A DNA stretch of 63,661 nucleotides from Myxococcota bacterium. GTDB lineage: Bacteria; Myxococcota_A; UBA796; CAJQPC01. Both the position numbers and the translations under genes were made by a program. The notes under the pieces are model-generated. The model ran no database searches and was not told the origin of the DNA. It worked only from the letters and a program-made list of their open reading frames with translations. The DNA lies in contig JAZAMN010000019.1 in the NCBI GenBank assembly GCA_036229005.1, positions 1 through 63,661 on the forward strand, in the 5' to 3' direction. Position 1 is the first letter of the stretch, and every line of letters starts with the position of its first letter. Shown piece by piece: positions 21,323 to 31,019 of the stretch.

Positions 21323-23014
21323 GTGGCCCTCGTGGGCATCCTGGTCTTCATCCATGAGTCCGGCCACTTCTTGATGGCCAAGCTCTTCGGGGTGGGGGTG
21401 CAGGTCTTCTCCCTCGGCTTCGGCCGGCGCCTCTTCGGCGTGGAGATCGGCGGCACCGACTACCGCGTGAGCATGATCCCTGCGGGCGGCTACGTGATGA
21501 TGGAGGGCGCCGACCCCTTCCAGGACGGCGGGGACGGCCTCTCCGATCCCGACTCGCCCACCAGCTTCATGAACAAGCCGGTGTGGCAGCGCCTGATCAT
21601 CGTCGCCGCCGGTCCCGCATTCAACCTCATGCTCCCCGTGGTGGTCTTCACCGCGCTGTTCATGATCGGCGAGCCCGGCTCCGCCCCCATCGTGGGCCAG
21701 GTCGACACCTACTCCGCGGCGGCCGAAGCGGGCCTCCAGCCCGGAGACCGCGTCCTCTACATCAACGAGGAGCCCACAGCCACCTGGGGCGCCGTCGAGG
21801 AGACCCTGGAGCACGCCGGAGACGACCCCGTCCTGCGCGTGCAGCGCGGCGAGGCCACCCTCCAGGTCCCCCTCGACACCCCCCAGGACGCGCGGCTGGA
21901 CGGCAGCGTCTACCCCAGCAGCGTCTACGGCCTGTCCAACCTGCGGCCGGGCCCCTACGTCAGCTTCGTGGATCCCGGCTCGCCGCTCGCGGCAGCGGGC
22001 ATGGAGACCGGAGACTGGGTCACCCACGTCGGGGGGGAGGAGATCCAGACCTTCTCGGAGCTCGTGGCCCACCTCGACGCCGCCCAGGGGGTGGTCGAGC
22101 TCCAGTACAAGCGCCTGAGCGCCGACGAGGTCATCGACGGCACCGCCAGCATCGACACCGCGCTGACCTACCGCGCGCCCGAGCTCGGGGTGGCCCTGCC
22201 GGCGGCCAATGACTGGGGCCTCGCGCCTCCGTGGCTCGCGGTGCACAGCGTCCAGGCCGACAGCCCGGCGGAGATCGGCGGCATGCTGGAGGGCGACATC
22301 GTCGCCGCCGTGGACGGCACCCCGGTGGGCACCTTCCAGGACGTCATCCACCTGGTCAAGCAGGCCCAGATCGGCGAGGGGGAGGTCGCCTCCACCCGCG
22401 CCATCACCCTCACCCTCATCCGCGATGGGCAGCCGCAGGACCGGGTCTTCAAGCCCCGCATCGAAGAGGGCAACGACAACTTCGGCCGCTACACCTTCCG
22501 GCCTGTCATCGGCTTCTCGACCTGGAGCTACGGTGTCTCCTCGGAGGCCGCCACCCGCCGCTACGGCTTCGGCTCCGCGGTGCAGCACGCCGTGACCCGG
22601 ACCGCGGACGCAGCGCGCAAGGTCGTCTCCACCATCGGCATGGTCGTCACCGGCGAGGCAGCGGCCTCCAAGACCGTGGGCGGCCCCATTGCCATCTTCC
22701 GCCACGCCGCAGCCGCCGCCGAGCGGGGGATCTTCGACTGGGCCTACATGATGGCCGGCCTGAGCATCTCCCTGGCCGTCGTGAACTTCCTGCCGGTCCC
22801 GGTGCTGGACGGCGGCCAGTTCCTCTTCTACGCGGTCGAGGGCATCCGCGGCCGCCCGCTCTCCCTCGCCATGCGTGAGCGGGCCCAACAGATCGGCGTC
22901 CTCTTCCTCTTGGGCCTGATGTTCACGGTCCTGGTCATCGACGTCCGCAACTGGATCGAAGAGAAGCGCGATGACGCCCCCGTCTCCACCCAGCAGGAGG
23001 ACGCCGCCGAGTGA
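21323..23014 (+). CDS. rseP: RIP metalloprotease RseP with three PDZ-like repeats (start uncertain, possibly ATC at 21305)
   Basis: HESGH, GGYV, AGPAFN, NFLPVPVLDGG; three S.A..AG...GD PDZ-like segments. Confidence 0.93.
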   Translation: MALVGILVFIHESGHFLMAKLFGVGVQVFSLGFGRRLFGVEIGGTDYRVSMIPAGGYVMMEGADPFQDGGDGLSDPDSPTSFMNKPVWQRLIIVAAGPAFNLMLPVVVFTALFMIGEPGSAPIVGQVDTYSAAAEAGLQPGDRVLYINEEPTATWGAVEETLEHAGDDPVLRVQRGEATLQVPLDTPQDARLDGSVYPSSVYGLSNLRPGPYVSFVDPGSPLAAAGMETGDWVTHVGGEEIQTFSELVAHLDAAQGVVELQYKRLSADEVIDGTASIDTALTYRAPELGVALPAANDWGLAPPWLAVHSVQADSPAEIGGMLEGDIVAAVDGTPVGTFQDVIHLVKQAQIGEGEVASTRAITLTLIRDGQPQDRVFKPRIEEGNDNFGRYTFRPVIGFSTWSYGVSSEAATRRYGFGSAVQHAVTRTADAARKVVSTIGMVVTGEAAASKTVGGPIAIFRHAAAAAERGIFDWAYMMAGLSISLAVVNFLPVPVLDGGQFLFYAVEGIRGRPLSLAMRERAQQIGVLFLLGLMFTVLVIDVRNWIEEKRDDAPVSTQQEDAAE

Positions 23015-23631
23015 GTGTCCTGGCAATCGACACCGCCGGCCCCGTGGTCGGCGCGGCCCGCAGCGACGGGCGCATCTTCACCAAGCGGGTCGTCCGCGGC
23101 GCCGACGTCGCCCTCTCCGAGGCCCTCGCCCAGCTCCTGGATGACAGCCCCCTGGAGCTCGTCTGTGTGAGCGTCGGCCCTGGGGGCTTCACCTCCCTGC
23201 GGGTGGGTGTGGCCGCGGCCCTGGGCGTGGCCATCGCGCGGCGGGTGCCTGTGCTGCCGATGTCCTCGCTGGCGGCCAGAGCCTTGCTGTGTCCGGAGGG
23301 CCGCACGCTCTCGTTGTTGGACGGCCGAAAGTCCAAGGCCTACGCAGCCGTCTTCCTCGACGGTGTCCTGCAGGGGGAGGAGCGGGATCTGCCCCCCTCT
23401 CAGGCTGTCGCCCTCACCGCCGGACACCCCTTCACCGCAGTGGGGGAGGGCGCCGTCGTGTTCAGCGAGGACATCCTGGCGGCGGGTGGGTCGATCCTCG
23501 AGGATCCTGCCCGCAGCCCCGTGCTGCAGATGTGCGCGGCGGCCGACCGCATGCGGGATCAGGCCATCTCCCCCCAGGCCCTCCGGCTTCGATACCTCCG
23601 AGAAGCTGACGCCAAGCTCCCCTCCAGGTAG
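23011..23631 (+). CDS. tsaB: tRNA threonylcarbamoyladenosine biosynthesis protein TsaB
   Basis: VLAIDT, GPGGFTSLRVG, LDGRK, YLR near C-terminus; GTGA overlap with rseP. Confidence 0.9.
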   Translation: MSVLAIDTAGPVVGAARSDGRIFTKRVVRGADVALSEALAQLLDDSPLELVCVSVGPGGFTSLRVGVAAALGVAIARRVPVLPMSSLAARALLCPEGRTLSLLDGRKSKAYAAVFLDGVLQGEERDLPPSQAVALTAGHPFTAVGEGAVVFSEDILAAGGSILEDPARSPVLQMCAAADRMRDQAISPQALRLRYLREADAKLPSR

Positions 23632-23640
23632 AGTCTCTCC

Positions 23641-23865
23641 ATGGACGAACGTTTCCTCGCGCGAATCCGCGCCCTGAACGACCCCGACCTCAACCAGGTG
23701 CTCGCCCACCACCAGAAGCTCCACGTAGAGCTCGACAGCCTCCAGCAGGCGGTGTGGCTCAGCGAGGACGACCAGCGCCGGCTCGCGCAGCTCAAGCGGA
23801 CCAAGCTGCGCCAGAAGGACAAGCTGCTGCGCCTGGTCTCCGAGCTGGAGCTCGGCAAGGCCTGA
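23641..23865 (+). CDS. Small helical protein, DUF465/YdcH-like
   Basis: 74 aa; H..L...L and LKRTKLRQKD pattern. Confidence 0.7.
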   Translation: MDERFLARIRALNDPDLNQVLAHHQKLHVELDSLQQAVWLSEDDQRRLAQLKRTKLRQKDKLLRLVSELELGKA

Positions 23866-23923
23866 CAGGGGGTGGTCTCCGGCGTCGCGGTGGTTAGCTG
23901 TGGCGCCCACCCTGGAGGCACCC

Positions 23924-24928
23924 TTGTCCGAGTCCGGCTTCGGCATCTGCATCACTGGCGCGACCACCCTGCTCGGCAAGGAGCTGCTCGGCAGCCTGGG
24001 GGCGGCGGCCATCGACCTCCGCAAGCTCCACGCGGTCGATGCGCTGAACGTGGAGACCACCCAGGTGGAGTTCCGCGGCAAGACCCAGACCGTCGGCCTG
24101 CTCAACGCCGAGGTCCTGGAGGAGGTCGACCTGGTGTTCGTCGCCGGGGAGCCGGACGATGCGGGACGCGCGCTGTTGGATGACGCCGCCGACGCTGGCT
24201 GCCTGGTCCTGGATCTGGTGGGCTACCGCCGGGACCCCAGCCTGCCCATGCTCTTCGGGCGCAACCCTGGCGCCCTCGAGGCCCTGCGGGAGACCGGCAT
24301 CGCCCTGTGTCCGGACGCGATGACCCTCGCCCTGGTCGCGCTGGGTGCTGCCCTCCGGCCCGTGGGCCTGCAGCAGCTCCGGGGGACCTGCATGATGTCC
24401 GCCTCCGTGGCCGGTGAGGCCGGTGTGCGGGAGCTCTCCGGTCAGGTGGGCGCGCTGTTCAACAGCCAGACCCCGCCGCGCAAGGTCTTTGAGCACGGCC
24501 TCGCCTTCGATCTGCTCCCGGGTCGGGGGGAGGCTCTGGAGAGCGGCTGGATGCCCCAGGAGCTCTTGGCCGCTGCCCAGGCCGCGCATGTGCTCGGACT
24601 CCCCGCTGGCGGTGTAGCCATCGACGAGGTCATCGTTCCGGTGTTCGTGGGCATGGGCTTGAGCCTCCAGGCCTACGGCCCGGGGCTCAACGTCGAGGTG
24701 GTGCGGCAGGCGGTGGACCAGACCGACCTCATCGAGCGCCACCGGGAGATCCACGCCGGCGCCATGCCGCGGGGGATGTCGGGGGAGTCCACCCTGGCGT
24801 TGAGCCGCCTGCGGCCCGACCCCGCCGGCTCGGGGGTCCACTGCTTCCTGTCCGCGGACCCCATGCGGCTGGCAGCCTCCAACGCCGTCCAGGCCCTGCT
24901 CGGTCTGGTGGAGTTGGACCTGCTCTGA
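23924..24928 (+). CDS. Aspartate-semialdehyde dehydrogenase-like protein (Usg-like, degenerate active site)
   Basis: ITGATTLLGKEL, VDLVF, SASVAGEAGVREL, LAFDLLP, VPVFVG, ASNAVQ; TTG start after GGAGG (track start 23900). Confidence 0.8.
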   Translation: MSESGFGICITGATTLLGKELLGSLGAAAIDLRKLHAVDALNVETTQVEFRGKTQTVGLLNAEVLEEVDLVFVAGEPDDAGRALLDDAADAGCLVLDLVGYRRDPSLPMLFGRNPGALEALRETGIALCPDAMTLALVALGAALRPVGLQQLRGTCMMSASVAGEAGVRELSGQVGALFNSQTPPRKVFEHGLAFDLLPGRGEALESGWMPQELLAAAQAAHVLGLPAGGVAIDEVIVPVFVGMGLSLQAYGPGLNVEVVRQAVDQTDLIERHREIHAGAMPRGMSGESTLALSRLRPDPAGSGVHCFLSADPMRLAASNAVQALLGLVELDLL

Positions 24929-25018
24929 CAGCTTTTCCAGCGGCTCTGGGGCCTATCGGTGCGGTTGACAGGCTGTCACGGATGGGGGCCGAAGGGCCTC
25001 CGGGAGGGTGTCCTCGAC

Positions 25019-25035
25019 TTGGCACGGAACTGGCA
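25019..25035 (+). promoter_or_regulatory. Putative sigma-54 (-24/-12) promoter
   Basis: TTGGCACGGAACTGGCA = TGGCAC-N5-TGGCA with exact GG-N10-GC spacing, upstream of the 25047 gene. Confidence 0.5.
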
Positions 25036-25046
25036 GAAGGGCGGGC

Positions 25047-27560
25047 ATGACTCTGCTTCTGATGTTGAGCCCACTGGCCTCGGCCGAGCCTGATCACTTC
25101 GCGACCTCCCTGGCTGCTGGGGTTGGAGATGGCGCTGTCCTCGCTCCGGGGGCGGAGCTGATGGCGTGGCGCTCGGGTGCCCAGATCGTCATCCTGGACA
25201 CCCAGACCTGGGAGACCACAGCCGCGGACGCCTGTGAGGGGGACGCTGCGCTGGCGGCCTTCGATCTGGGCACCGCGTGGGCCTTCTACGCGGGGTGTGA
25301 TGACGGGACGATCTCCGTCGTCCAGATCGAGGACGACCAGAAGACGGTGAGCGTGCAGGACAGCCTGAGCCCCGGGACCCTGGAGATCCTGGCTGTGGGT
25401 ACGTCAGCGGCCTCGGGTGCCCAGCTTCTCTACGTGATCGAGGAGTCCGAAGACGGGAACCCGCTCGTCTACACCCTGGACCCCGACAGCGGAGACGCTG
25501 GTGATGCGACCACGCTGGGTGTCTCCGGGGTCTCCAGCACCCTGATGCTCAGCAACTACTGGCTCATCCTCCATGGCGGCCGGCAGGTCTCCAAGGTCGA
25601 CCTGAACACGGGGAGCCCGAGCGTCTTCCAGGAGGGAGGCGGCTCGCAGGATCTGGACCGGGCGTGCACCTTCACGGGGACGGCCTACGCCTTCGCGGCC
25701 AACTCCGCTGAGTTCAACGGGGGCATCACCTTGCTCCAGCCAGGGCAGATCAACGCCGAGTACAGCGTCGCCCTGGACATGGACACCCCCTTCTCCGCGG
25801 TCGCCTGCAGCACCTCCACCGAAGACAACACGGCCGACGACAATGAGTGGATCGCCAGCTACAGCGAGGATGGGTATCTGGAGCTGTGGGAGCGGACCAA
25901 CCTGACGCTCTACTCCACGGCGGTGCAGGGCTTTGATGTCGACGAGCTGGGGGTGGTGAGCGATCTCTACGCCAGCCCGGGGTACCTGCTCGCGCAGGTG
26001 GGCTCGGACCTGCATGTGTTCACGGAGCACCCCTGGTTGAGCCTCAGCGTAGACAACAGCGAGTACAGTGGGGGCAGCTTTGGCTTCACGGCGAGCTCCG
26101 ACACCGACGGAGACTGGAAGCTGTACCTGGGCGCGGAGACCGGCGATGTCCTCGCCAGCGGGACCTTCACCGCGGGAGAGGATGCGGAGTTCACGCTGGA
26201 CGGTGAAGACCTGCCGCTGGACGAGGGCCTCAACCGCTTCTTCCTGGTCCAGGAGGGCGGGCGCGTGGCGGTGGACGTCAACGTGGACAACCCGCCGCTG
26301 ACGCCGGAGCTGAGCCTGAGCTTCGGGGATCAGAGCGTCGTGGTGCAGATCGGGGCGAACACCGATCCCGACCTCTCCAGCTACACCGTGTACCTGAGCA
26401 CGGAGTCCTTCGACGCCTCCACGGCGCCAGAGTCGGGGGACATCCTGGCGGATACCGAGCTTGACGCCTACCAGACATTCACCCTCTCCGAGCTGGACGC
26501 GTCGTCGGGCGACGCCATCGAGATCGAGATCGAGGGGGTCAACAACTACGTCACCTACTACGTGGGTGTCACCGCAACCGACGAGTCGGGAAACGAGAGC
26601 CCAATGAGCGAGATTCTGGACGTCACCCCTGAGCCCACCTTCTCCGCAGCGCAGCTTGCCGGTGAGCAGGGGGGCTTTGGCTGCAACTCCGGCGCTGGGG
26701 GCGCGTCGCTGATGCTGGGCCTCGGGGCCGGCCTGGTGGCGCTGGCCCGTCGCCGCAAGCGCTGGGGGCTGGGCGCGCTGCTGCTGGCCTCCTCTCCCGC
26801 GCTGGCCCAGGAGACCGCAGAGGACGAGTCCCTGGACGAGGCGGTGATCGCGGACGGTGAGCAGGATGGCCCGCACGCCGGGTGGACCGCCAAGTCCCGG
26901 TACAACGCCCTCCGCATCGGCAGCGCCCAGATGGACGGCGGCAACAGCGACTCGAACGACGCCTGGGAGCAGGTCTACGACTCCCGGCTGCCCTCGGTGC
27001 AGCTTCACGGCGGCTACCAGCTCTACCGCTTCCTTGAGCTGGACGGGCACGTGGGGGTGATGCGCAAGGGCGGCAGCCAGGCCGTCGCGAGCACCGAGAC
27101 CACCGACACGGAAGACGACAGCAGCAGCAGCTCCACGGTCACCACCGGGGACACCAAGATGACGGTGCTGCCCGTGGGGGTGGGCGTGACCTTGCGCCTG
27201 GATCCCTTCCTGCCGCACCGCCAGATCGGTGATGAGTTCTACGGAATGCCGGTCGTGCCCTGGTTCAACGTCAGCCTGGATTACTACCCCTGGCTCGAGC
27301 GCAAGGGCGATCTGGACGTCGCCGACCTGACCGGCTTCGACGCCCTGGCTGGCGGCAAGGCCGGCTGGAGCTACGCCTACGGCGTGGACATCCTGCTGGA
27401 CTGGATGGACCCCAAGCGCGCCTCGCTGGTCTGGGCCCGCTACGGCATCGAGGACACCTACCTGAGCGTGTCCTACCGCAAGTCCACGCTCTTCCAGGAC
27501 GAGGGCCTGTCCTTCGCGGGCGACACCATCAGCGTCGGCCTCAAGATCGACCGTCGCTGA
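25047..27560 (+). CDS. Secreted protein: beta-rich N-domain, FN3-like module, internal MYXO-CTERM-like segment, C-terminal outer-membrane beta-barrel-like domain
   Basis: Signal (SPLASA|E); YYVGVTATDESGNES FN3 motif; GGFGC..hydrophobic..RRRKR; then amphipathic strands ending TISVGLKID. Confidence 0.7.
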   Translation: MTLLLMLSPLASAEPDHFATSLAAGVGDGAVLAPGAELMAWRSGAQIVILDTQTWETTAADACEGDAALAAFDLGTAWAFYAGCDDGTISVVQIEDDQKTVSVQDSLSPGTLEILAVGTSAASGAQLLYVIEESEDGNPLVYTLDPDSGDAGDATTLGVSGVSSTLMLSNYWLILHGGRQVSKVDLNTGSPSVFQEGGGSQDLDRACTFTGTAYAFAANSAEFNGGITLLQPGQINAEYSVALDMDTPFSAVACSTSTEDNTADDNEWIASYSEDGYLELWERTNLTLYSTAVQGFDVDELGVVSDLYASPGYLLAQVGSDLHVFTEHPWLSLSVDNSEYSGGSFGFTASSDTDGDWKLYLGAETGDVLASGTFTAGEDAEFTLDGEDLPLDEGLNRFFLVQEGGRVAVDVNVDNPPLTPELSLSFGDQSVVVQIGANTDPDLSSYTVYLSTESFDASTAPESGDILADTELDAYQTFTLSELDASSGDAIEIEIEGVNNYVTYYVGVTATDESGNESPMSEILDVTPEPTFSAAQLAGEQGGFGCNSGAGGASLMLGLGAGLVALARRRKRWGLGALLLASSPALAQETAEDESLDEAVIADGEQDGPHAGWTAKSRYNALRIGSAQMDGGNSDSNDAWEQVYDSRLPSVQLHGGYQLYRFLELDGHVGVMRKGGSQAVASTETTDTEDDSSSSSTVTTGDTKMTVLPVGVGVTLRLDPFLPHRQIGDEFYGMPVVPWFNVSLDYYPWLERKGDLDVADLTGFDALAGGKAGWSYAYGVDILLDWMDPKRASLVWARYGIEDTYLSVSYRKSTLFQDEGLSFAGDTISVGLKIDRR

Positions 27561-27561
27561 C

Positions 27562-28308
27562 GTGTACACCTGGCGTCTGACCCTGGAGTATGACGGGCGC
27601 GCCTACTGCGGTTGGCAGCTCCAGCCCACTGGGGTGAGCATCCAGCAGCGCCTGGAGGAGGCGCTCGCGACCGTCCTGGCGGGCGAGTCCGTGCGGGTCA
27701 CGGCCAGCGGGCGCACCGACGCGGGCGTGCACGCGCTCGGCCAGGTGGTCAGCCTGCGCTGTGAGGCGCGGCGCCCCGCGAAGGCCTTCGTCGCTGGGCT
27801 CAACAGCCTGCTCCCTCCGGACATCGCGGTGTTGGAGGCGAGCCCGGTCCCCGCGGAGTTCCACGCCCGCTACTCCGCCATCGGCAAGCACTACCGATAC
27901 CGGATCCTCGCTGCCCCGGCTCGCTCGGCCCTTCGGGATGGACGGGTCTGGCACCTCCGGGAGCCCTTGGACGTCGGGGCCATGCAGTGTGCCCTCGATG
28001 CGGTGGTCGGGGAGCACGACTTCAGCAGCTTCCGGGCGCGCAAGTGTGGCGCCAACCATCCTGTGCGGGAGCTCCGCGCCGCCCGGATCCGGTCGGTGGA
28101 CGATGAGCTCTGGCTGGAGTTCCACGGCAGCGGCTTCTTGCGCCACATGGTGCGGAACCTGGTGGGCTCCGCTGTCGAGGTGGGGCGGGGGAGCCGCGCG
28201 CCCGGCTGGATGGCCGAGGTCCTGAAGGCAAGAGACCGCAGCCAGGCAGGGCCAACGGCCCCAGGCTGCGGTCTCTATCTGGTTCGGGTGGATTACCCGG
28301 AGCCCTGA
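27562..28308 (+). CDS. truA: tRNA pseudouridine(38-40) synthase
   Basis: YDG..GWQ, SGRTDAGVHA, FHARYSA, GFLRHMVR, TAPGCGLYL. Confidence 0.97.
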   Translation: MYTWRLTLEYDGRAYCGWQLQPTGVSIQQRLEEALATVLAGESVRVTASGRTDAGVHALGQVVSLRCEARRPAKAFVAGLNSLLPPDIAVLEASPVPAEFHARYSAIGKHYRYRILAAPARSALRDGRVWHLREPLDVGAMQCALDAVVGEHDFSSFRARKCGANHPVRELRAARIRSVDDELWLEFHGSGFLRHMVRNLVGSAVEVGRGSRAPGWMAEVLKARDRSQAGPTAPGCGLYLVRVDYPEP

Positions 28309-28320
28309 GCGGGCGGGCGA

Positions 28321-28614
28321 CTACTCGTCGTCGTCGCCCATGTCGTCGTCATCATCATCCACGTCCAGCCCGTCCTCGGAGTCGTCCAGGTTCGGCGTCT
28401 CGACGCTGGACTCGTCCACGCTGGATGCCTTGGTCTTGGAGCGGCGGCTGCGCTTGCTGGCCTTGAGCATCTCGATGGGATCGGGGTTGGGATCGTTGGC
28501 CTGATCCGCGCCGCAGCTCGGGCAGATGGCTTCAGGCTTGTTCATGTCGTAGAACTTCGCGCCGCACTCGTAGCAGGTGAAGCGGGTGCCAAGAAGGGCC
28601 TTGTCGAGGGGCAT
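28321..28614 (-). CDS. FYDLN-acid family protein (TIGR02300-like)
   Basis: [28 protein letters not shown] plus acidic tail; GGAGG RBS. Confidence 0.88.
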   Translation of the reverse strand: MPLDKALLGTRFTCYECGAKFYDMNKPEAICPSCGADQANDPNPDPIEMLKASKRSRRSKTKASSVDESSVETPNLDDSEDGLDVDDDDDDMGDDDE

Positions 28615-28743
28615 GTGCGCCTCCTGGGGGCAGAGAGGGGACACCCCGGCCAGGGTGCGGGCGGGCAACTATCACCCAGCCCGGGGCCGTCAAGGGAACA
28701 CCTTGGTGCCGCGGGCCGGCGGGAGGCGATACTCCCACATCTC

Positions 28744-30486
28744 ATGCAGTCCCGAGCGCACCATCGCCGCCCGCGCCGACCCACCCTGCCCATGTGGGGA
28801 GGCTTCTTTGCGGCTTGCTTCGCGTTCTGCTGTGGCGGCCCCGCGGCCTTGTTGAGTTGGGAGCCCGCGCCGCCCGAGCAGCCGCTGGAGGCCCCCGAGA
28901 TCGACGCCCTCGCGGCCCAGGCCCAGGCCCTCCACCCGGCCCCGGAGCGCGAGCTGGAGCACTACCTGGACTACGCTCGGGCCCGCCTCGAACGGGACCT
29001 GGACCTGGAAGGGGCCGCGACGGCCAGCCTCAAGGCGCTCTCGCTGGACCCAGGGGATCCGCGGGCAGTGTTGCTGCTGCTGCAGGTCTCCGGTGCCAGC
29101 GGAGGACGGGCGGGGCTCTCGCTCGATCAGGCCCAGCAGGTCCTCGCCGTCACCCAGGAGCAGGAGGGTGTGGATCCCGCTGAACTGGCGCTGGCGGTGG
29201 GCTGGCTGGCCTTGGCCACGGGGGACTCCTCCTCCTCCCGGAGCGCGCTGTCAGAGGCGCCCGAGAGCTGGCGGCGACGGCGGCTGGAGCTGGAGCTGGC
29301 TCTGGAGACCCAGGATCTGGACCGGGCGGAGCGTCTGGCCGAGTCCCTGGCGCAGGCCTTCGAGCTGGACGGCGCGCGCTGCAGGGTGAGCTTCCGCACT
29401 GAGCTTGGCGCAGGGCGCCTCCAGCAAGCGGAGGATCTGGCGAACGCGTGTCTGGGGGAGGGGATCCAGGCCCCCGGGCTCCAGCGGGAGCTGGCTGAGC
29501 TGGCGGACCGCACGGGGCGTCCGGCCGTGGCGATCGCGCGCTATGCGGCCGCGGGGCTGACGGAGGACGCGGCGACGCTGCGTTGGCAGGAGGGGCTCGG
29601 GACGCTGCCGCAGGCTCGGGGACAGCTCCGGGGTGCCTCTGCGAGTGCGCAGTCCCAGCGCGCCTGGATCGCCCTCTACGAAGGGGACATCGAGGCCGCC
29701 TGGGTGGAGAGCGACGGGCTGGAGGGGCCGGCGCGGGCGGCGGTCGCCCTGGAGCGGGGAGTGCCCCCTGCGGAGGTCCTGGAGATGCTGCCCGGCCAGG
29801 ACCCGGCGTCGGCCGTCCTCAAGGCTCGGGCGGCTCTTGGGAGCCCTCAGGAGCTGCTGTATTGGCAGGCCGCGGTGGCCACCGAGCCGAGCAACCCGGA
29901 GATCTACCGGGCCTGGCTCGGGATGGGCAGTGGGGAGACTCTACCGGCGGCTCTCGATGCGCTCGCCCAGCGGCCCCTGCTTGAGCTCGCCCAGAGCCCG
30001 GCGGCCCTCGACCGGGACACGCCTTGGCACCTGATCGCCGGTCCCTCCTGGCTGGAGATCCTGCAGCGGGTCGACTCGGACACCGTCCGACTGCTGGCTG
30101 GGGAGACAGAGGACATCCAGGACCCCCTCGTGGCGGCCTACGGGCGGCTGCGGGAGGGGGAGCCTCAGGCGGCAGATCGTCTGCTGGGCCAGGTGCCTCG
30201 GGAGCAGAGGGGCCAGGACTGGACGATCGCGCGGGCGATGGTCTTGTTGGAGGGAGGAGAGGCTACGGCCGCCCAGGCACTGGTCCTCCCACTGCTCCGG
30301 GATCCCGGTGGTCGGCGAGCTGTAGTGGCTTGTTTCCATGCCCGAGGACAGGCTGAGGAGGCCCTCTCCGCCCTGGCCCCCATGCTCCAGGAGCGTCCCT
30401 GGGACACGGCCATCTGGTCTCTGGCGCTGGAGATCTCCTCCACAATGGGGGCCGACCCGCTTGACAGCAAGGGGCCGGCTCAGTAG
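28744..30486 (+). CDS. Hypothetical helical-repeat (TPR-like) protein; start uncertain
   Basis: Long Ala/Leu-rich ORF with ALSLDPGDP-type TPR turns and an N-terminal hydrophobic stretch. Confidence 0.6.
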   Translation: MQSRAHHRRPRRPTLPMWGGFFAACFAFCCGGPAALLSWEPAPPEQPLEAPEIDALAAQAQALHPAPERELEHYLDYARARLERDLDLEGAATASLKALSLDPGDPRAVLLLLQVSGASGGRAGLSLDQAQQVLAVTQEQEGVDPAELALAVGWLALATGDSSSSRSALSEAPESWRRRRLELELALETQDLDRAERLAESLAQAFELDGARCRVSFRTELGAGRLQQAEDLANACLGEGIQAPGLQRELAELADRTGRPAVAIARYAAAGLTEDAATLRWQEGLGTLPQARGQLRGASASAQSQRAWIALYEGDIEAAWVESDGLEGPARAAVALERGVPPAEVLEMLPGQDPASAVLKARAALGSPQELLYWQAAVATEPSNPEIYRAWLGMGSGETLPAALDALAQRPLLELAQSPAALDRDTPWHLIAGPSWLEILQRVDSDTVRLLAGETEDIQDPLVAAYGRLREGEPQAADRLLGQVPREQRGQDWTIARAMVLLEGGEATAAQALVLPLLRDPGGRRAVVACFHARGQAEEALSALAPMLQERPWDTAIWSLALEISSTMGADPLDSKGPAQ

Positions 30487-30489
30487 AAG
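30461..30489 (+). promoter_or_regulatory. Sigma-70-type promoter of rplM-rpsI
   Basis: TTGACA-N17-TAGAAG about 80 nt upstream of rplM. Confidence 0.65.
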
Positions 30490-30567
30490 GCTGGGGTTTC
30501 CGCCCTACGAGATTTTCGACGGGCGCCATCTTCATTTCACCACCCAAGATTCACGGGACAAGCGGTC

Positions 30568-31017
30568 ATGCGAACTGACTCCGCCAAGCCTGCCGAGGTC
30601 GTCCGGGACTGGTACGTGATCGATGCTGCGGGCATGCCCCTCGGCCGCGTCGCGACCCGAATCGCCCTCGTTCTCCGCGGCAAGCACAAGCCCAGCTTCA
30701 CCCCCCACGTTGACACCGGCGACTTCGTCGTTGTCATCAACGCCGCCCAGGTCGAGCTGACCGGCCGCAAGTGGGCCAACAAGGAGTACCACCGCTACTC
30801 CGGCTTCTTCGGAGGCCTCAAGTCCATGGAGGCCCGCGAGGTCGTGAAGAACGACAGCGAGCGGATGTTCATGCAGGCCGTCAAGGGCATGCTGCCCAAG
30901 AACCGCTTGGGTCGCCAGATGATCTCCAAGCTCAAGGTCTACCCCGGTGCGGAGCATCCCCACCAGGCGCAGGCCCCCAAGCCCTTCCCCAAGCTCTACG
31001 CAGGCGAGGAGTCCTGA
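30568..31017 (+). CDS. rplM: 50S ribosomal protein L13
   Basis: [28 protein letters not shown]. Confidence 0.99.
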   Translation: MRTDSAKPAEVVRDWYVIDAAGMPLGRVATRIALVLRGKHKPSFTPHVDTGDFVVVINAAQVELTGRKWANKEYHRYSGFFGGLKSMEAREVVKNDSERMFMQAVKGMLPKNRLGRQMISKLKVYPGAEHPHQAQAPKPFPKLYAGEES

Positions 31018-31019
31018 TC

